64,000 bases of DNA from Flavobacteriales bacterium (GCA_020635855.1 JACJYZ010000002.1:79937-143936), one strand, 5' to 3'. Counted from the stretch's first letter, positions 18,413 to 28,362 are shown. Made by a program: numbers and translations. The notes: generated by a model from the sequence alone, not told the origin.

Positions 18413-18870
18413 CCATCCTGCTCCATCACACCACACAATACTTCCGGTGTCCGAATTACTTTTCCAAACCACCACCCCACGCGACAAAGCCCAAGCCTGA
18501 CGATGGCGTGCGGATGGGAACGATAGGGTGCGCAGCATAGCGCGATGGTGCTGTGCCGGATGGGACTGTGCAGGGTAAGCCCCGCGTGCCAACATCCGGC
18601 GAAGGGCATCTATCGTTCTTGATTCCTTGCCTGCCGACACGAAGGCCTGTGCAACGGCAGGCAGGGCACCCTTTGAAGAAGTTTGCTTGCCCGTCCGCAG
18701 CGCAGCGTAGGCGGGTTGTTTCTGGTTTGTTGTTTGTAGTTGGGTCAGCATTCAACTGACCGAAACCGAAAAGGGTACAGCGGATAGCGGGACGGCAGTC
18801 CGGTAGAACGATCAGCCATCCGCTACCTATCCTGCTCCATCCATGTCCTAAGGCTACCGCAATGATGTTT

Positions 18871-18929
18871 TGAACCACATAGGCACAGAGGTCACAATAG
18901 AAAATGTACTCTGTGCCTATGTGGTTCAA
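18871..18929. repeat. palindromic intergenic element (TGAACCACATAGGCACA family), copy 2
   Basis: Perfect 20-bp inverted repeat tgaaccacataggcacagag / ctctgtgcctatgtggttca around a 19-nt loop gtcacaatagaaaatgtact. Confidence 0.75.
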
Positions 18930-18998
18930 ACATGGCAAAGCCATTGGTTGCTCCCATCCGCTTCAACAAACACCCATAACCCTTACCTTTACCCACCT

Positions 18999-19814
18999 AT
19001 GCTCGTTTTCCCAAACGCCAAGATCAACATCGGCCTGCGCATTATCCGGCGCCGGCCCGACGGCTACCACGACCTGGAAAGCCTGTTCTGCCCCGTGCCC
19101 TGGGAAGATGCACTGGAAGTGCTTCCCGCCGGACACGCGGTACAGCAGGGCTTCGTGCAAACCGGTCTGCCGCTGCAACCGGGCACCAACCTGGTGGAAA
19201 AAGCCAGGGACCTGCTGGCGAAGGATTTTGACATCCCACCGCTGGGCATTCACCTTCACAAGTGCATTCCATCAGGCGCCGGACTCGGAGGCGGATCCGC
19301 CGATGCGGCCTTCGCCCTGCGCACGATCAATGAGGTGTGCAAGCTCGGACTGGACCGCCGGCAACTGGAGGCTTACGCGGAAAAGCTGGGATCGGATTGT
19401 CCGTTTTTCATCCGCAACCAACCGTGCCGGGTAACCGGCCGGGGTGAGTTCCTGGAAGAGGCGGAGGTGAACCTGGGCGGATGGCATGTGTGCATCGTGT
19501 ACCCGGATGTGCATATCTCCACGGCGGAGGCTTTCGCCGGGGTGAAGCCGCGGGAACATACGGATGGACAGGACCTCATGTCGTGCCTGAAACAACCCGT
19601 GGACACCTGGAAGGATACGGTGGTGAATGATTTCGAGGCATCGGTGTTTCCGGCGCATCCGGTATTGGCGGAGATCAAACGCGGATTGTATGATGCCGGC
19701 GCGGTGTACGCATCCATGAGCGGAAGCGGTTCTGCGGTGTACGGACTGTTCCGGGAAATGCCTGCGGACCGGGAAACGGAATTCCCCGGCATATCCAAAC
19801 GGATGGTGTTGTAA
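18999..19814 (+). CDS. ispE: 4-diphosphocytidyl-2-C-methyl-D-erythritol kinase
   Basis: GHMP-kinase motifs (PNAKINIGLRI...IPSGAGLGGGSADAAFAL). Start chosen at MLVFPNAK (18999). The longer ORF from 18870 runs through the palindromic repeat. Confidence 0.85.
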   Translation: MLVFPNAKINIGLRIIRRRPDGYHDLESLFCPVPWEDALEVLPAGHAVQQGFVQTGLPLQPGTNLVEKARDLLAKDFDIPPLGIHLHKCIPSGAGLGGGSADAAFALRTINEVCKLGLDRRQLEAYAEKLGSDCPFFIRNQPCRVTGRGEFLEEAEVNLGGWHVCIVYPDVHISTAEAFAGVKPREHTDGQDLMSCLKQPVDTWKDTVVNDFEASVFPAHPVLAEIKRGLYDAGAVYASMSGSGSAVYGLFREMPADRETEFPGISKRMVL

Positions 19815-19819
19815 GAAGG

Positions 19820-20500
19820 TTAGTTCACCGCCTTCTGCCTGGCCGTCACGTCTTCCACCACCTTCTTTTGCTTGGCCACTTCTTCCTTCTTCTTCTCCTG
19901 GTCCTTCACGTTCTGCTCAATGTCTTTCTCGGCCTGCTCGATGCTTTTCTTGAGCTTCTCGATTTCAGACTTGTAGTTCTCGATGTCTTTGTGGGAACGC
20001 TCATTCTTGCTCACCAGTTCTTCCTGTTCCTTTTCGAGAACCGAATAGGTCTTCTCTTCTTTTTTGACGATGTCGGCGATGGCATCTTTGGTGGTCTTCA
20101 CCGCGAAGTCATTCACGATCTTTTCCATGATCTTGTACTCGGTCGGATGTGCGGATGAACTCATATAGGCGCCGCCCATGTCAACCGCCACGGTGAACAG
20201 GATGGAGTTGTCTTTTTGCTTGGTCGCCTTCGCATACACGTCGAGGGTGTTCTCGGAGATCGATTTGATAAGGGCGTTGTCGGCGAAGATCTCGTCTTTG
20301 GCAGCGACTTTGGCCTTGTAGCCTTTCATAATGCTTTTCCATTCTTTTTCCACGTCGTCCTGGGTCGCTTCGTAAATGGTCACGAGAAAGGAGTTGTGGC
20401 TGCCGTCGGCGTATTTGGCGCTGCCTTCCGATACTTTGATCTTCTGGGCGTAGGTTGCCATTGTAAACAGGGATATGGCCAGGGTCAATGTGCGTTTCAT
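19820..20500 (-). CDS. secreted coiled-coil protein, hypothetical
   Basis: Signal peptide MKRTLTLAISLFTMATYAQ. C-terminal Lys/Glu-rich coiled coil. Confidence 0.5.
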   Translation of the reverse strand: MKRTLTLAISLFTMATYAQKIKVSEGSAKYADGSHNSFLVTIYEATQDDVEKEWKSIMKGYKAKVAAKDEIFADNALIKSISENTLDVYAKATKQKDNSILFTVAVDMGGAYMSSSAHPTEYKIMEKIVNDFAVKTTKDAIADIVKKEEKTYSVLEKEQEELVSKNERSHKDIENYKSEIEKLKKSIEQAEKDIEQNVKDQEKKKEEVAKQKKVVEDVTARQKAVN

Positions 20501-20545
20501 AAGCGTAGGAAATTGGATGGTTATGGATGAATGCCTGACCTAAAT

Positions 20546-21163
20546 CTAAGCATTTTTCGGCTTGGATGTATCCGATGGCAGCTCCGCATTTTTTTCATTT
20601 CCCGGATGCGCGTTCTCCGAACCCAGCGAAACCCCTCCCGATACAATGAATTTCATCACTTCGGCCGGGTTGGCGTCCAACGGTTTCACCCGGTCGGCTG
20701 AAACGATGAAAAGGTTTCCGGAAAAGGCATACGAGTGGGGCAGGTACACCGCTACCAGGTTCTCGTCGATGCCCAGCCGGGAAAGGTCTTTCTGGGTGAT
20801 GAAGCCCAGTTTCATCAACTCCGCATCGGCGCTGATGCGCACCAGCACCGGTTGGTCGAATCGCTTTTCCTTGCCCACGAAGGCCGATAACAGGTCGCGG
20901 ATGGAACTGTAGATAAGCTTGATCAGCGGCGTACGGTTCAGCAGGCGCTCCAGGGCATCAAACAACGATTCCACGATGTATGACGAGGTCAGGTACCCGA
21001 TCAGTGTAACACCGGCCAGCAACACGGCAATGCCCAGCCCGGGAATGTCGAACGGAATCAGGTGGTCCATGAATTGCACACCTATGATCACCACATATAC
21101 CGTGATGGCAAGCGGTGCGGTGTAGAGCAGTCCCTGGAAAAAGTAGGTGACGAACTTTTTCAT
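20546..21163 (-). CDS. DUF502-family membrane protein
   Basis: Start at MKKFVTYFF (21163). Two TM helices followed by the DUF502-like core (...NRTPLIKLIYSSIRDL...). About 205 aa. Confidence 0.6.
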   Translation of the reverse strand: MKKFVTYFFQGLLYTAPLAITVYVVIIGVQFMDHLIPFDIPGLGIAVLLAGVTLIGYLTSSYIVESLFDALERLLNRTPLIKLIYSSIRDLLSAFVGKEKRFDQPVLVRISADAELMKLGFITQKDLSRLGIDENLVAVYLPHSYAFSGNLFIVSADRVKPLDANPAEVMKFIVSGGVSLGSENAHPGNEKNAELPSDTSKPKNA

Positions 21164-21308
21164 GAGATTTTTTTCAAAGATAGCAGTTATGAAGTTGAAA
21201 CGTCCCTGCCGATTCTTAGGGCATTTGAGAATCATTTTTAATTTTGACTCAGGGCGGAATCTTACCACGAAGCAATTTTCAAACAACAGCGCCCGTCATA
21301 CCAGTACC

Positions 21309-23039
21309 ATGAAGCCATCGCATCACACACACACCACCACTTTCCTGTTTTTACTTCTGTTGATCTGCGTGACACCGGGATTTGCACAGAAGGTGAGCAC
21401 ACAATGGGAAAACGGAAAACCGAAAAGTGAAATCGAATTCAAAGACGGCGTGCAACACGGCAGTTACACCACCTGGTATGAAAACGGCAACATGATGAAG
21501 CAGGGTCGTTTCAAGGAAGGCAGGGAAGAGGGGATATGGAAATCCTGGTACAAGACCGGTCAGCTTCGCAGCCTGGAACACTATCAACACGGAAGGGCCG
21601 ACAGCGTGTGGACGTATTACTATACAGGCGGACAGGTATCCGAGCTGCAGTACTTCCTCAACGGCTTTGCCGACAGCACCTGGCAAACCTGGCACGAAAA
21701 CGGCAAACAGAAAAGCGAAGAACAATACCACCTGGGCAAACGCAACGGCACCTACATCAACTGGTACGACAATGGTCAGAAAGAAAACGAAGGGGCATTT
21801 AAAAACGACACACTGGACGGGCATTTCACCCTGTGGTACCGTGACGGGAATAAGGAACAGGAAGGCGCATTTGACATGGGCAAAAAGTCGGGCGTATGGC
21901 TTACCTGGTATACCTCGGGTCAGCAAAAAGACGAGGTCCGGTATGTGGATAACAAGGAAGATGGCCTGCTGGCTTTTTGGGATCAGAACGGCAAGCAATG
22001 GGTGAAAGACGGCAACGGAACAATGGTCGAGCTTTACCCGAACGGAAAGCCCAGCCGGAAGAAGCCTTACGGGAACGGCAAGCTGAACGGCGAAGCCCAA
22101 CGCTACAACGAGGAAGGATCGGTCATCGAATCGGCCCAATACAAGGATGGCAAACTTGAAGGCCCCTTCTATGCCAAATACCCCGACGGTACCCAACAGG
22201 CCGAAGGAAATTACCACGCCGATAAAAAGAAAGGCACCTGGACCTGGTGGTTCGAAAACGGGAAGGTGGACATGGAAGGTGATTTTGAAGCCGACCTGCG
22301 CACCGGTCTGTGGAAGTACAACTACGACGACGGATCAAAAAAGTCAGAAGGCAGTTTTCAGAAAGACATGCAGGAAGGCGACTGGACCTTCTGGTACCGC
22401 AACGGACAAATGTGGAAAAAGGGTTCCTACCACGAGAACCTGAAATCAGGCATGTGGACCTGGTGGTTCGAAGGCGGACAGAAAATGCAGGAAGGTCCTT
22501 TTATGAACGACAGGGAAGAAGGCGACTGGATCTCCTGGTACGAATCCGGAAAGGTGAAAGACAAAGGCTCCTTCAAGGCAGGCATCATGGACGGTCACTG
22601 GGAAGGCTGGTACGAAAACGGAAAACCCAACTATGCCGGAGACTATGCGAACAAGGTGAAGACCGGCCTGTGGAGCTACTGGTACGAAAAGGGCAACAAG
22701 GAAAAGGAAGGTACTTATAAGGAGGGTATCCAGGACGGCACATGGACGTACTGGTTCGAAGACGGCAAAACCAAAAGCACAGAAACCTTCAGGAACGGAA
22801 CGAAAGACGGTACCTGCACCTATTGGTATGGCAACGGAAACAAGTTCCAGGAAGATCATTACGTGAACGGCAGGCTGGAAGGTACCCGAACCACATGGTA
22901 CGAATACGGCAACGTGGTGCGCGACAAAGGACCTTATAAAAATGGTGTGCAGGACGGCCTCCACACCTACTACGACGAGAAAGGAAATGTGGTGAAGAAA
23001 GTGTGGTTCAAGAACGGAATCAAGGTGAAACAGGAATGA
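21309..23039 (+). CDS. MORN-repeat protein (YwqK-like repeat family), secreted
   Basis: Signal peptide MKPSHHTHTTTFLFLLLLICVTPGFAQ. About 24 tandem 23-aa repeats of the form W..WYENGxxxxEGxY..G...G.W. Confidence 0.8.
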   Translation: MKPSHHTHTTTFLFLLLLICVTPGFAQKVSTQWENGKPKSEIEFKDGVQHGSYTTWYENGNMMKQGRFKEGREEGIWKSWYKTGQLRSLEHYQHGRADSVWTYYYTGGQVSELQYFLNGFADSTWQTWHENGKQKSEEQYHLGKRNGTYINWYDNGQKENEGAFKNDTLDGHFTLWYRDGNKEQEGAFDMGKKSGVWLTWYTSGQQKDEVRYVDNKEDGLLAFWDQNGKQWVKDGNGTMVELYPNGKPSRKKPYGNGKLNGEAQRYNEEGSVIESAQYKDGKLEGPFYAKYPDGTQQAEGNYHADKKKGTWTWWFENGKVDMEGDFEADLRTGLWKYNYDDGSKKSEGSFQKDMQEGDWTFWYRNGQMWKKGSYHENLKSGMWTWWFEGGQKMQEGPFMNDREEGDWISWYESGKVKDKGSFKAGIMDGHWEGWYENGKPNYAGDYANKVKTGLWSYWYEKGNKEKEGTYKEGIQDGTWTYWFEDGKTKSTETFRNGTKDGTCTYWYGNGNKFQEDHYVNGRLEGTRTTWYEYGNVVRDKGPYKNGVQDGLHTYYDEKGNVVKKVWFKNGIKVKQE

Positions 23040-23115
23040 TGAAAAAGTCGCGCGGGTATTTGCGTGTGTGACCAAATTCGCTATATTTGCAGCGGAAATA
23101 TGGAGAAAATCAAAA

Positions 23116-23145
23116 AGAGGGGACCGACGTCCCCTCTTTTATTTC
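23116..23145 (+). terminator. rho-independent terminator after the MORN-repeat gene
   Basis: AGAGGGGAC-cgac-GTCCCCTCT hairpin followed by a T-run. Confidence 0.5.
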
Positions 23146-23159
23146 CCGAAAATAAAGGC

Positions 23160-23618
23160 ATGAACCGCACCGATCTTGTACAGGCGTTGGAAGAGAAGTT
23201 GACCGGAAGTCCGCTGTTTATCGTGGAAGTCGATGTGCAACCCACCAACCGCGTGAAGGTGCTGATCGATGGAGACGAAGGCGTAACCATCGACCAGTGC
23301 GCGGAGATCAACCGGTTCATCCTGCAAAGGTTTGATCGCGACCAGGAAGATTACGCACTTGAAGTGTCATCCCCCGGTCTGGGTCAGCCCCTCCGCCTGC
23401 TGAGACAATATCAAAAGAACATCGGGCGGAACCTGGAAGTACAATTGAAAGACGGAACAGTGACCACAGGTACGCTGGAATCGGTCACCGACGAACATAT
23501 CGTGCTGAAGCCGAAAAGCAAAAAGAAAAAGGCCGGGGCACAATCATCGGAGGAAGCGGTTTCGCTGAACCTGGCGATGGCGGATATCAGCGCAGCCAAA
23601 GTGGCGCTCGCTTTTTAA
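23160..23618 (+). CDS. rimP: ribosome maturation factor RimP
   Basis: DUF150/RimP-like sequence. Located directly upstream of nusA-infB. Start at MNRTDLV. Confidence 0.8.
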   Translation: MNRTDLVQALEEKLTGSPLFIVEVDVQPTNRVKVLIDGDEGVTIDQCAEINRFILQRFDRDQEDYALEVSSPGLGQPLRLLRQYQKNIGRNLEVQLKDGTVTTGTLESVTDEHIVLKPKSKKKKAGAQSSEEAVSLNLAMADISAAKVALAF

Positions 23619-23649
23619 CAGTGTTTTAAAAACCAATGCAGTAACGGTT

Positions 23650-24888
23650 ATGCAAAACGTGAATCTGATCGAGTCCTTCGGGGAGTTTAAGGACCTGAAG
23701 AACATTGACAGGGAAACCATGATGAGCATCCTGGAGGAAGTTTTCCGGAACATGCTGAAGAGAAGGTATGGTACCGACGAAAACTTCGATATCGTAATCA
23801 ATATTGACAAGGGTGACCTCGAGGCCTGGAGGAACAGAACCATTGTTCCGGACGATGAAGTGGAAGATCACAGTACCCAGATCCCCCTCAAAGAAGCCCT
23901 CAGGATCGAGCCCGACTTTGAGATCGGTGAAGATGTGTCGGAAGAAGTCCGCTTCAGCGACTTCGGCCGCCGCGCCATCCTCGCCGCCCGCCAGAACCTT
24001 GTTTCCCGCATCCTGGAACTGGAAAAAGACGGCATCTACAAAAAGTACAAAGACCGCGTAGGTGAAATCGTAACCGGTGAAGTATACCAGATCTGGAAAC
24101 GTGAGATCCTCGTGCTCGACGACGAAGGCAATGAACTCATCCTCCCCAAATCCGAACAGATCCCCTCGGATTATTTCAAGAAAGGAGATTCCATCCGCGC
24201 CATCGTGCTGCGTGTGGACATGAAGAACAACAGCCCCGTTATCATCCTGTCCCGTACTTCACCCGTATTCCTCGAACGCCTGTTCGAACTCGAAGTACCC
24301 GAAATCTTCGACGGCCTCATCACCATCAAGAAGATCGTCAGGGAACCGGGCGAACGCGCCAAGGTGGCCGTGGAATCCTATGACGACCGCATCGACCCCG
24401 TAGGCGCCTGCGTGGGTATGAAAGGATCACGCATCCATGGCATCGTACGCGAACTGCGCAACGAGAACATCGACGTGATCAACTTCACCAACAACATCCC
24501 GCTGTTCATCACCCGCTCACTCAGCCCCGCCAAAATCTCTTCCATCAACATCAAGGAAGAAACCAAACGGGCCGAAGTGTTCCTGAAACCCGACCAGGTG
24601 AGCCTGGCCATCGGAAAAGGCGGACACAATATCAAACTGGCCGGTAAACTCACCGGTTATGAGATCGATGTATACCGCGATACCGACTCGGATAGCGAAG
24701 ATGTGGATCTCGAAGAATTCACAGATGAAATTGAAGGATGGATCATCGATGAGTTGAAGAACATCGGTTGTGACACCGCCAAGAGCGTACTCGAACTGGG
24801 CGTGAACGACCTGCTGCAACGCACCGACCTTGAAGAAGAAACCATCAAGGAAGTGATCAGCATCCTGCAATCGGAATTTGATGAGTAA
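23650..24888 (+). CDS. nusA: transcription termination/antitermination factor NusA
   Basis: S1 and KH domains (GACVGMKGSRIHGIVREL). Conserved rimP-nusA-infB operon order. Confidence 0.93.
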   Translation: MQNVNLIESFGEFKDLKNIDRETMMSILEEVFRNMLKRRYGTDENFDIVINIDKGDLEAWRNRTIVPDDEVEDHSTQIPLKEALRIEPDFEIGEDVSEEVRFSDFGRRAILAARQNLVSRILELEKDGIYKKYKDRVGEIVTGEVYQIWKREILVLDDEGNELILPKSEQIPSDYFKKGDSIRAIVLRVDMKNNSPVIILSRTSPVFLERLFELEVPEIFDGLITIKKIVREPGERAKVAVESYDDRIDPVGACVGMKGSRIHGIVRELRNENIDVINFTNNIPLFITRSLSPAKISSINIKEETKRAEVFLKPDQVSLAIGKGGHNIKLAGKLTGYEIDVYRDTDSDSEDVDLEEFTDEIEGWIIDELKNIGCDTAKSVLELGVNDLLQRTDLEEETIKEVISILQSEFDE

Positions 24889-24924
24889 ACCCTGAGTTCC
24901 ATCAATTCCATACAAAACCCGCAT

Positions 24925-27741
24925 TTGAATATGTCAGAAGAAACCGCAGCAAAGAGATTAAGCAAAGTAGCCAGGGAACTGAACATCGGTATCGCAACCA
25001 TTGTTGAGTTTCTTGACAAGAAAGGCCTGAAGGTGGAGGCGAACCCCAACAGTAAGCTGAACACCGAGGCTTATGAAATGCTGCTGCGCGAATTCCAGTC
25101 AGAAAGAACCCTCAAGGAAGCGTCCCAGTTGGTGGACCTGAAAAAACCCAAACGGGAAACCATCAGCCTCGACGAAAAGTCGGGCAAGGAACGGGATGCG
25201 AAATCTGGCGATCAGGATGAGATCATGATCGCCAACGTTCAGGTGGCGGGTGTGCCTGAAGAGGAAGAGTTAGAAGTAGAGAAGGAGGAACCGGAACCCA
25301 AAAAAGAACCGGAACCCGAAGAGCAAAAACCTGCGGCTAAAACCACCAAAGCGGAACCGAAGAAAGAATCCGAACCCGTAGAAGAAGCCCCCGCAAAGGA
25401 AGTCGCCGAGGAAAAGAAGGAAGAACCGGTAGCCGAAGAAGAAAAGAAAGAACCGGCACAACCCGAAGTGGCCCCCCCGGCAGAAGAGCCCGTGGTGGAG
25501 GCACCCGTAGGAGAAACACCCGCCGCGGAAGCCAAACCGGAGGAAGAAAAGAAAGAAGAGCCCAAGCAAGCTGACCCGGAAGATCATGTGATCAAGGCCA
25601 GGGCCAACAAACTCGAAGGTCCCACCATCGTGGGTAAGATCGACTTGCCGGAACCGGTCAAGAAACCGGTCGCCTCTTCGTCCGATTCGGATATCGATAA
25701 GAAGAACAAGAAGCGGAAACGCAAACGCATCGCCTCCGAGAATGCACCCGTACCTCCGGGTAGCGGCGGTGGTGGACAGCGTGGCCCCGGTGGTGGCGGC
25801 CAGCGCGGAAAGAAAGGCCCCGGAAAAGTGGTCAAATCCGAGCCGAATGAAGAGGAAATCAAAGCCCAGATCAAAGACACACTCGCACGCCTCAGCAGCG
25901 GCGGCAAATCGAAAAGCTCCAAGTACCGCAGGCAGAAACGCCAGGCCATCAGTGAACAGATGCAGCAGGACATGGAGCGCGCCGAAGAAGAAAGCCGCAT
26001 CCTCAAGGTGACCGAGTTCGTGTCAGCCAGCGAACTGGCGAAGATGATGAATGTTCAGGTGAACGAGATCATCTCCGCAGGTATGTCGCTCGGACTCTTC
26101 CTCTCCATCAACCAACGCCTCGACGCCGAAACCCTGTCGATCATCGCAGATGAGTTCGGATACAAGATCGAGTTCATCAGCGCCGACCTGCAGGAAGCCA
26201 TCCGCGAAGAACAGGAAGAAGAGGACGAAACCAAATTGAAACCACGCCCGCCCATCGTTACCGTAATGGGTCACGTGGATCACGGTAAAACGTCGTTGCT
26301 CGACTACGTGCGCAAAGCCAACGTGATCGCCGGTGAGGCCGGTGGTATCACCCAGCACATCGGTGCATACGCCGTTGAACTGAAAGACAACCGCAAGATC
26401 ACCTTCCTGGATACGCCGGGTCACGAAGCTTTCACCGCCATGCGTGCCCGCGGTGCCCAGGTAACCGACGTGGCCATCATCGTGATCGCCGCAGACGACA
26501 GCATCATGCCCCAAACCGTGGAAGCGATCAACCACGCACAGGCAGCCGGCGTGCCACTTGTGTTTGCCATCAACAAGGTGGATAAACCCAACGCCAACCC
26601 CGACAGGATCAAGGAAGCACTGGCGGCACGCAACTTCCTGGTGGAAGAGTGGGGTGGTAAATACCAAAGCCACGACATTTCCGCCAAAACCGGAAAGGGT
26701 GTGGAAGAACTGCTTGACAAGGTGCTGCTGGAAGCAGAAATGCTCGACCTGAAAGCCAACCCCGATCGCCGTGCTGCAGGTACGGTAATTGAAGCCACAC
26801 TCGACCGTGGTCGCGGTTACGTATGTACACTGCTGGTGCAAACCGGAAGCCTCCGGGTGGGTGATATCCTCCTGGCAGGATGTCACTACGGTCGTGTAAA
26901 AGCATTGTTCAATGAAAGAGGTCAGACCATTGATGTGGCCGGACCCTCAACCCCCGTCCAAATCCTCGGTCTTACCGGCGCTCCGCAAGCCGGCGACAAG
27001 TTCAACGCGATGGACGAGGAAAGAAAAGCACGTGAGATCGCCAACAAGCGTTTGCAGTTGCAACGCGAACAGGGCATTCGCGCCCAGAAACACATCACAC
27101 TGGATGAGATCGGCCGACGCCTGGCCATCGGCGACTTCCAGGAATTGAACGTGATCGTGAAAGGGGATGTGGATGGCTCCGTGGAAGCCCTCTCAGATTC
27201 ATTGCTGAAACTTTCCACCGATAAGATCCAGGTGAATGTGATCCACAAATCCGTGGGTCAGATCACCGAGTCGGATGTACTGCTCGCCAGCGCGTCCAAC
27301 GCCGTCATCGTCGGTTTCCAGATCCGCCCGAGCCTCAACGCCCGCAAGCTGGCCGAAAAGGAAGAGATCGATATCCGCCTGTATTCCGTGATCTACGACG
27401 CCATCAACGAGGTGAAGTCGGCCATGGAAGGTATGCTTGCACCGGAAATGAAGGAAGAAGTGGTATGCAACGTGGAAGTTCGCGATGTGTTCAAGATCTC
27501 CCGCGTAGGTACCATCGCCGGATGTATGGTGCTCGATGGAAAGATCAACCGCAACACCCAGGTCCGGATCATCCGCGACGGCATCGTGGTGTATACCGGC
27601 AAGCTGGCATCACTCAAACGCTTCAAGGAAGACGTGAAGGAAGTGGCCACCGGTTATGAGTGCGGACTCGGGATCGAGAACTTCAATGATATCAAAGAAG
27701 GCGATATCATCGAAGGATACGAAATCGTACCTGTTAAATAA
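24925..27741 (+). CDS. infB: translation initiation factor IF-2
   Basis: G domain ([28 protein letters not shown]). Long Pro/Glu/Lys-rich N-terminal linker. 938 aa. Confidence 0.95.
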   Translation: MNMSEETAAKRLSKVARELNIGIATIVEFLDKKGLKVEANPNSKLNTEAYEMLLREFQSERTLKEASQLVDLKKPKRETISLDEKSGKERDAKSGDQDEIMIANVQVAGVPEEEELEVEKEEPEPKKEPEPEEQKPAAKTTKAEPKKESEPVEEAPAKEVAEEKKEEPVAEEEKKEPAQPEVAPPAEEPVVEAPVGETPAAEAKPEEEKKEEPKQADPEDHVIKARANKLEGPTIVGKIDLPEPVKKPVASSSDSDIDKKNKKRKRKRIASENAPVPPGSGGGGQRGPGGGGQRGKKGPGKVVKSEPNEEEIKAQIKDTLARLSSGGKSKSSKYRRQKRQAISEQMQQDMERAEEESRILKVTEFVSASELAKMMNVQVNEIISAGMSLGLFLSINQRLDAETLSIIADEFGYKIEFISADLQEAIREEQEEEDETKLKPRPPIVTVMGHVDHGKTSLLDYVRKANVIAGEAGGITQHIGAYAVELKDNRKITFLDTPGHEAFTAMRARGAQVTDVAIIVIAADDSIMPQTVEAINHAQAAGVPLVFAINKVDKPNANPDRIKEALAARNFLVEEWGGKYQSHDISAKTGKGVEELLDKVLLEAEMLDLKANPDRRAAGTVIEATLDRGRGYVCTLLVQTGSLRVGDILLAGCHYGRVKALFNERGQTIDVAGPSTPVQILGLTGAPQAGDKFNAMDEERKAREIANKRLQLQREQGIRAQKHITLDEIGRRLAIGDFQELNVIVKGDVDGSVEALSDSLLKLSTDKIQVNVIHKSVGQITESDVLLASASNAVIVGFQIRPSLNARKLAEKEEIDIRLYSVIYDAINEVKSAMEGMLAPEMKEEVVCNVEVRDVFKISRVGTIAGCMVLDGKINRNTQVRIIRDGIVVYTGKLASLKRFKEDVKEVATGYECGLGIENFNDIKEGDIIEGYEIVPVK

Positions 27742-27744
27742 GTT

Positions 27745-27850
27745 TGTGGTTTGCCACAAAGACCCGAAGGCACAAAGGTTCACCAATTCTGAATCTGACC
27801 GAAACATGCACAAAGTGCATCTTAGTGTCTTTGTACCTTTGTGGCATTCT
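27745..27850. repeat. REP-like imperfect palindromic element (GCCACAAAG...CTTTGTGGC family), copy 2
   Basis: ttGCCACAAAGacccgaagGCACAAAG ... gtgtCTTTGTacCTTTGTGGCattcttcgtctttg, immediately after the infB stop. Probably also acts as a terminator. Confidence 0.55.
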
Positions 27851-27927
27851 TCGTCTTTGAAGGAAGATTCTTTGTCTGGCCGGTGGGGTATACGTTTCAG
27901 AGCTGGCTTTAAAGACGTAAAGGAATA

Positions 27928-28362
27928 TCAGCGCTGGGGTTCGGCTTCCGGCGCTGGCTCAATCTGGTCTTTCACAATGAAGCATCCCGGAAAATCCACG
28001 GAAACTTCATGCTTGAGTTTTTCCGCTTCCAGCCGGTTGCGGCAATTTCCAACACGTACCAGGTAATTCGGAGATTCCCATTTCACATACACCGGAAGGT
28101 CGGGGTATTTCACCAGCACCTTGGATTTGGCTTCGTTCGCCTGGTTCTTCGCCTGAACCCCCGATCCGAAAAACACCTGCACCCGGAAGCCTTCCACGGT
28201 ACCTTTCCGCTTACAGTCTTCCACGTATTTCTCCAGCAAACGGTTCGCCCGGTCGGTGGGCGCATTCGAAGAATCCCGGCCGGTCATGTTCACCTGCGCA
28301 GAGGAAGCACCGGCGATACAGATAAAGAGTATGGTACAAATGATGCGCATGGCTGTTTTCAA
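27928..28362 (-). CDS. SPOR domain-containing protein
   Basis: Signal peptide. C-terminal SPOR-like segment (GFRVQVFFGSG...VYVKWESPNYLVRVGNC). Confidence 0.6.
   Translation of the reverse strand: MKTAMRIICTILFICIAGASSAQVNMTGRDSSNAPTDRANRLLEKYVEDCKRKGTVEGFRVQVFFGSGVQAKNQANEAKSKVLVKYPDLPVYVKWESPNYLVRVGNCRNRLEAEKLKHEVSVDFPGCFIVKDQIEPAPEAEPQR

Noticed and set aside
18430-18810. Possible tmRNA, RNase P RNA or SRP RNA
   Set aside because: I looked for the tag-peptide reading frame/CCA end, the GGAAAGTCCGG P4 motif and the SRP domain-IV motif and found none. Only generic hairpins are present.
18392-18944. Minus-strand ORFs (119 aa and 162 aa) in the GC-rich segment
   Set aside because: Arg/Pro/Ala/Gly-rich low-complexity translations with no motifs. 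They are typical spurious ORFs of GC-rich DNA. Treated as non-coding.
18870-18998. N-terminal 43 codons of the ORF as listed for ispE
   Set aside because: This stretch runs straight through the perfect palindromic repeat. The conserved IspE N-terminus (PNAKINIGL) begins right after an internal Met at 18999.
21147-21308. 5' extensions of the MORN gene, of gdhA (56293-56382), kbl (57645-57854), rpsB (59944-60024) and rimP (23064-23159)
   Set aside because: The extensions overlap upstream terminators or intergenic sequence, or the upstream gene. Conserved protein N-termini start at internal Met residues.
25239-25587. Gly/Ser/Ala- and Phe/Leu-rich antisense ORFs inside infB
   Set aside because: They are the mirror of the Pro/Glu/Lys-rich IF-2 linker region. 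They have low complexity and lie opposite a high-confidence CDS.
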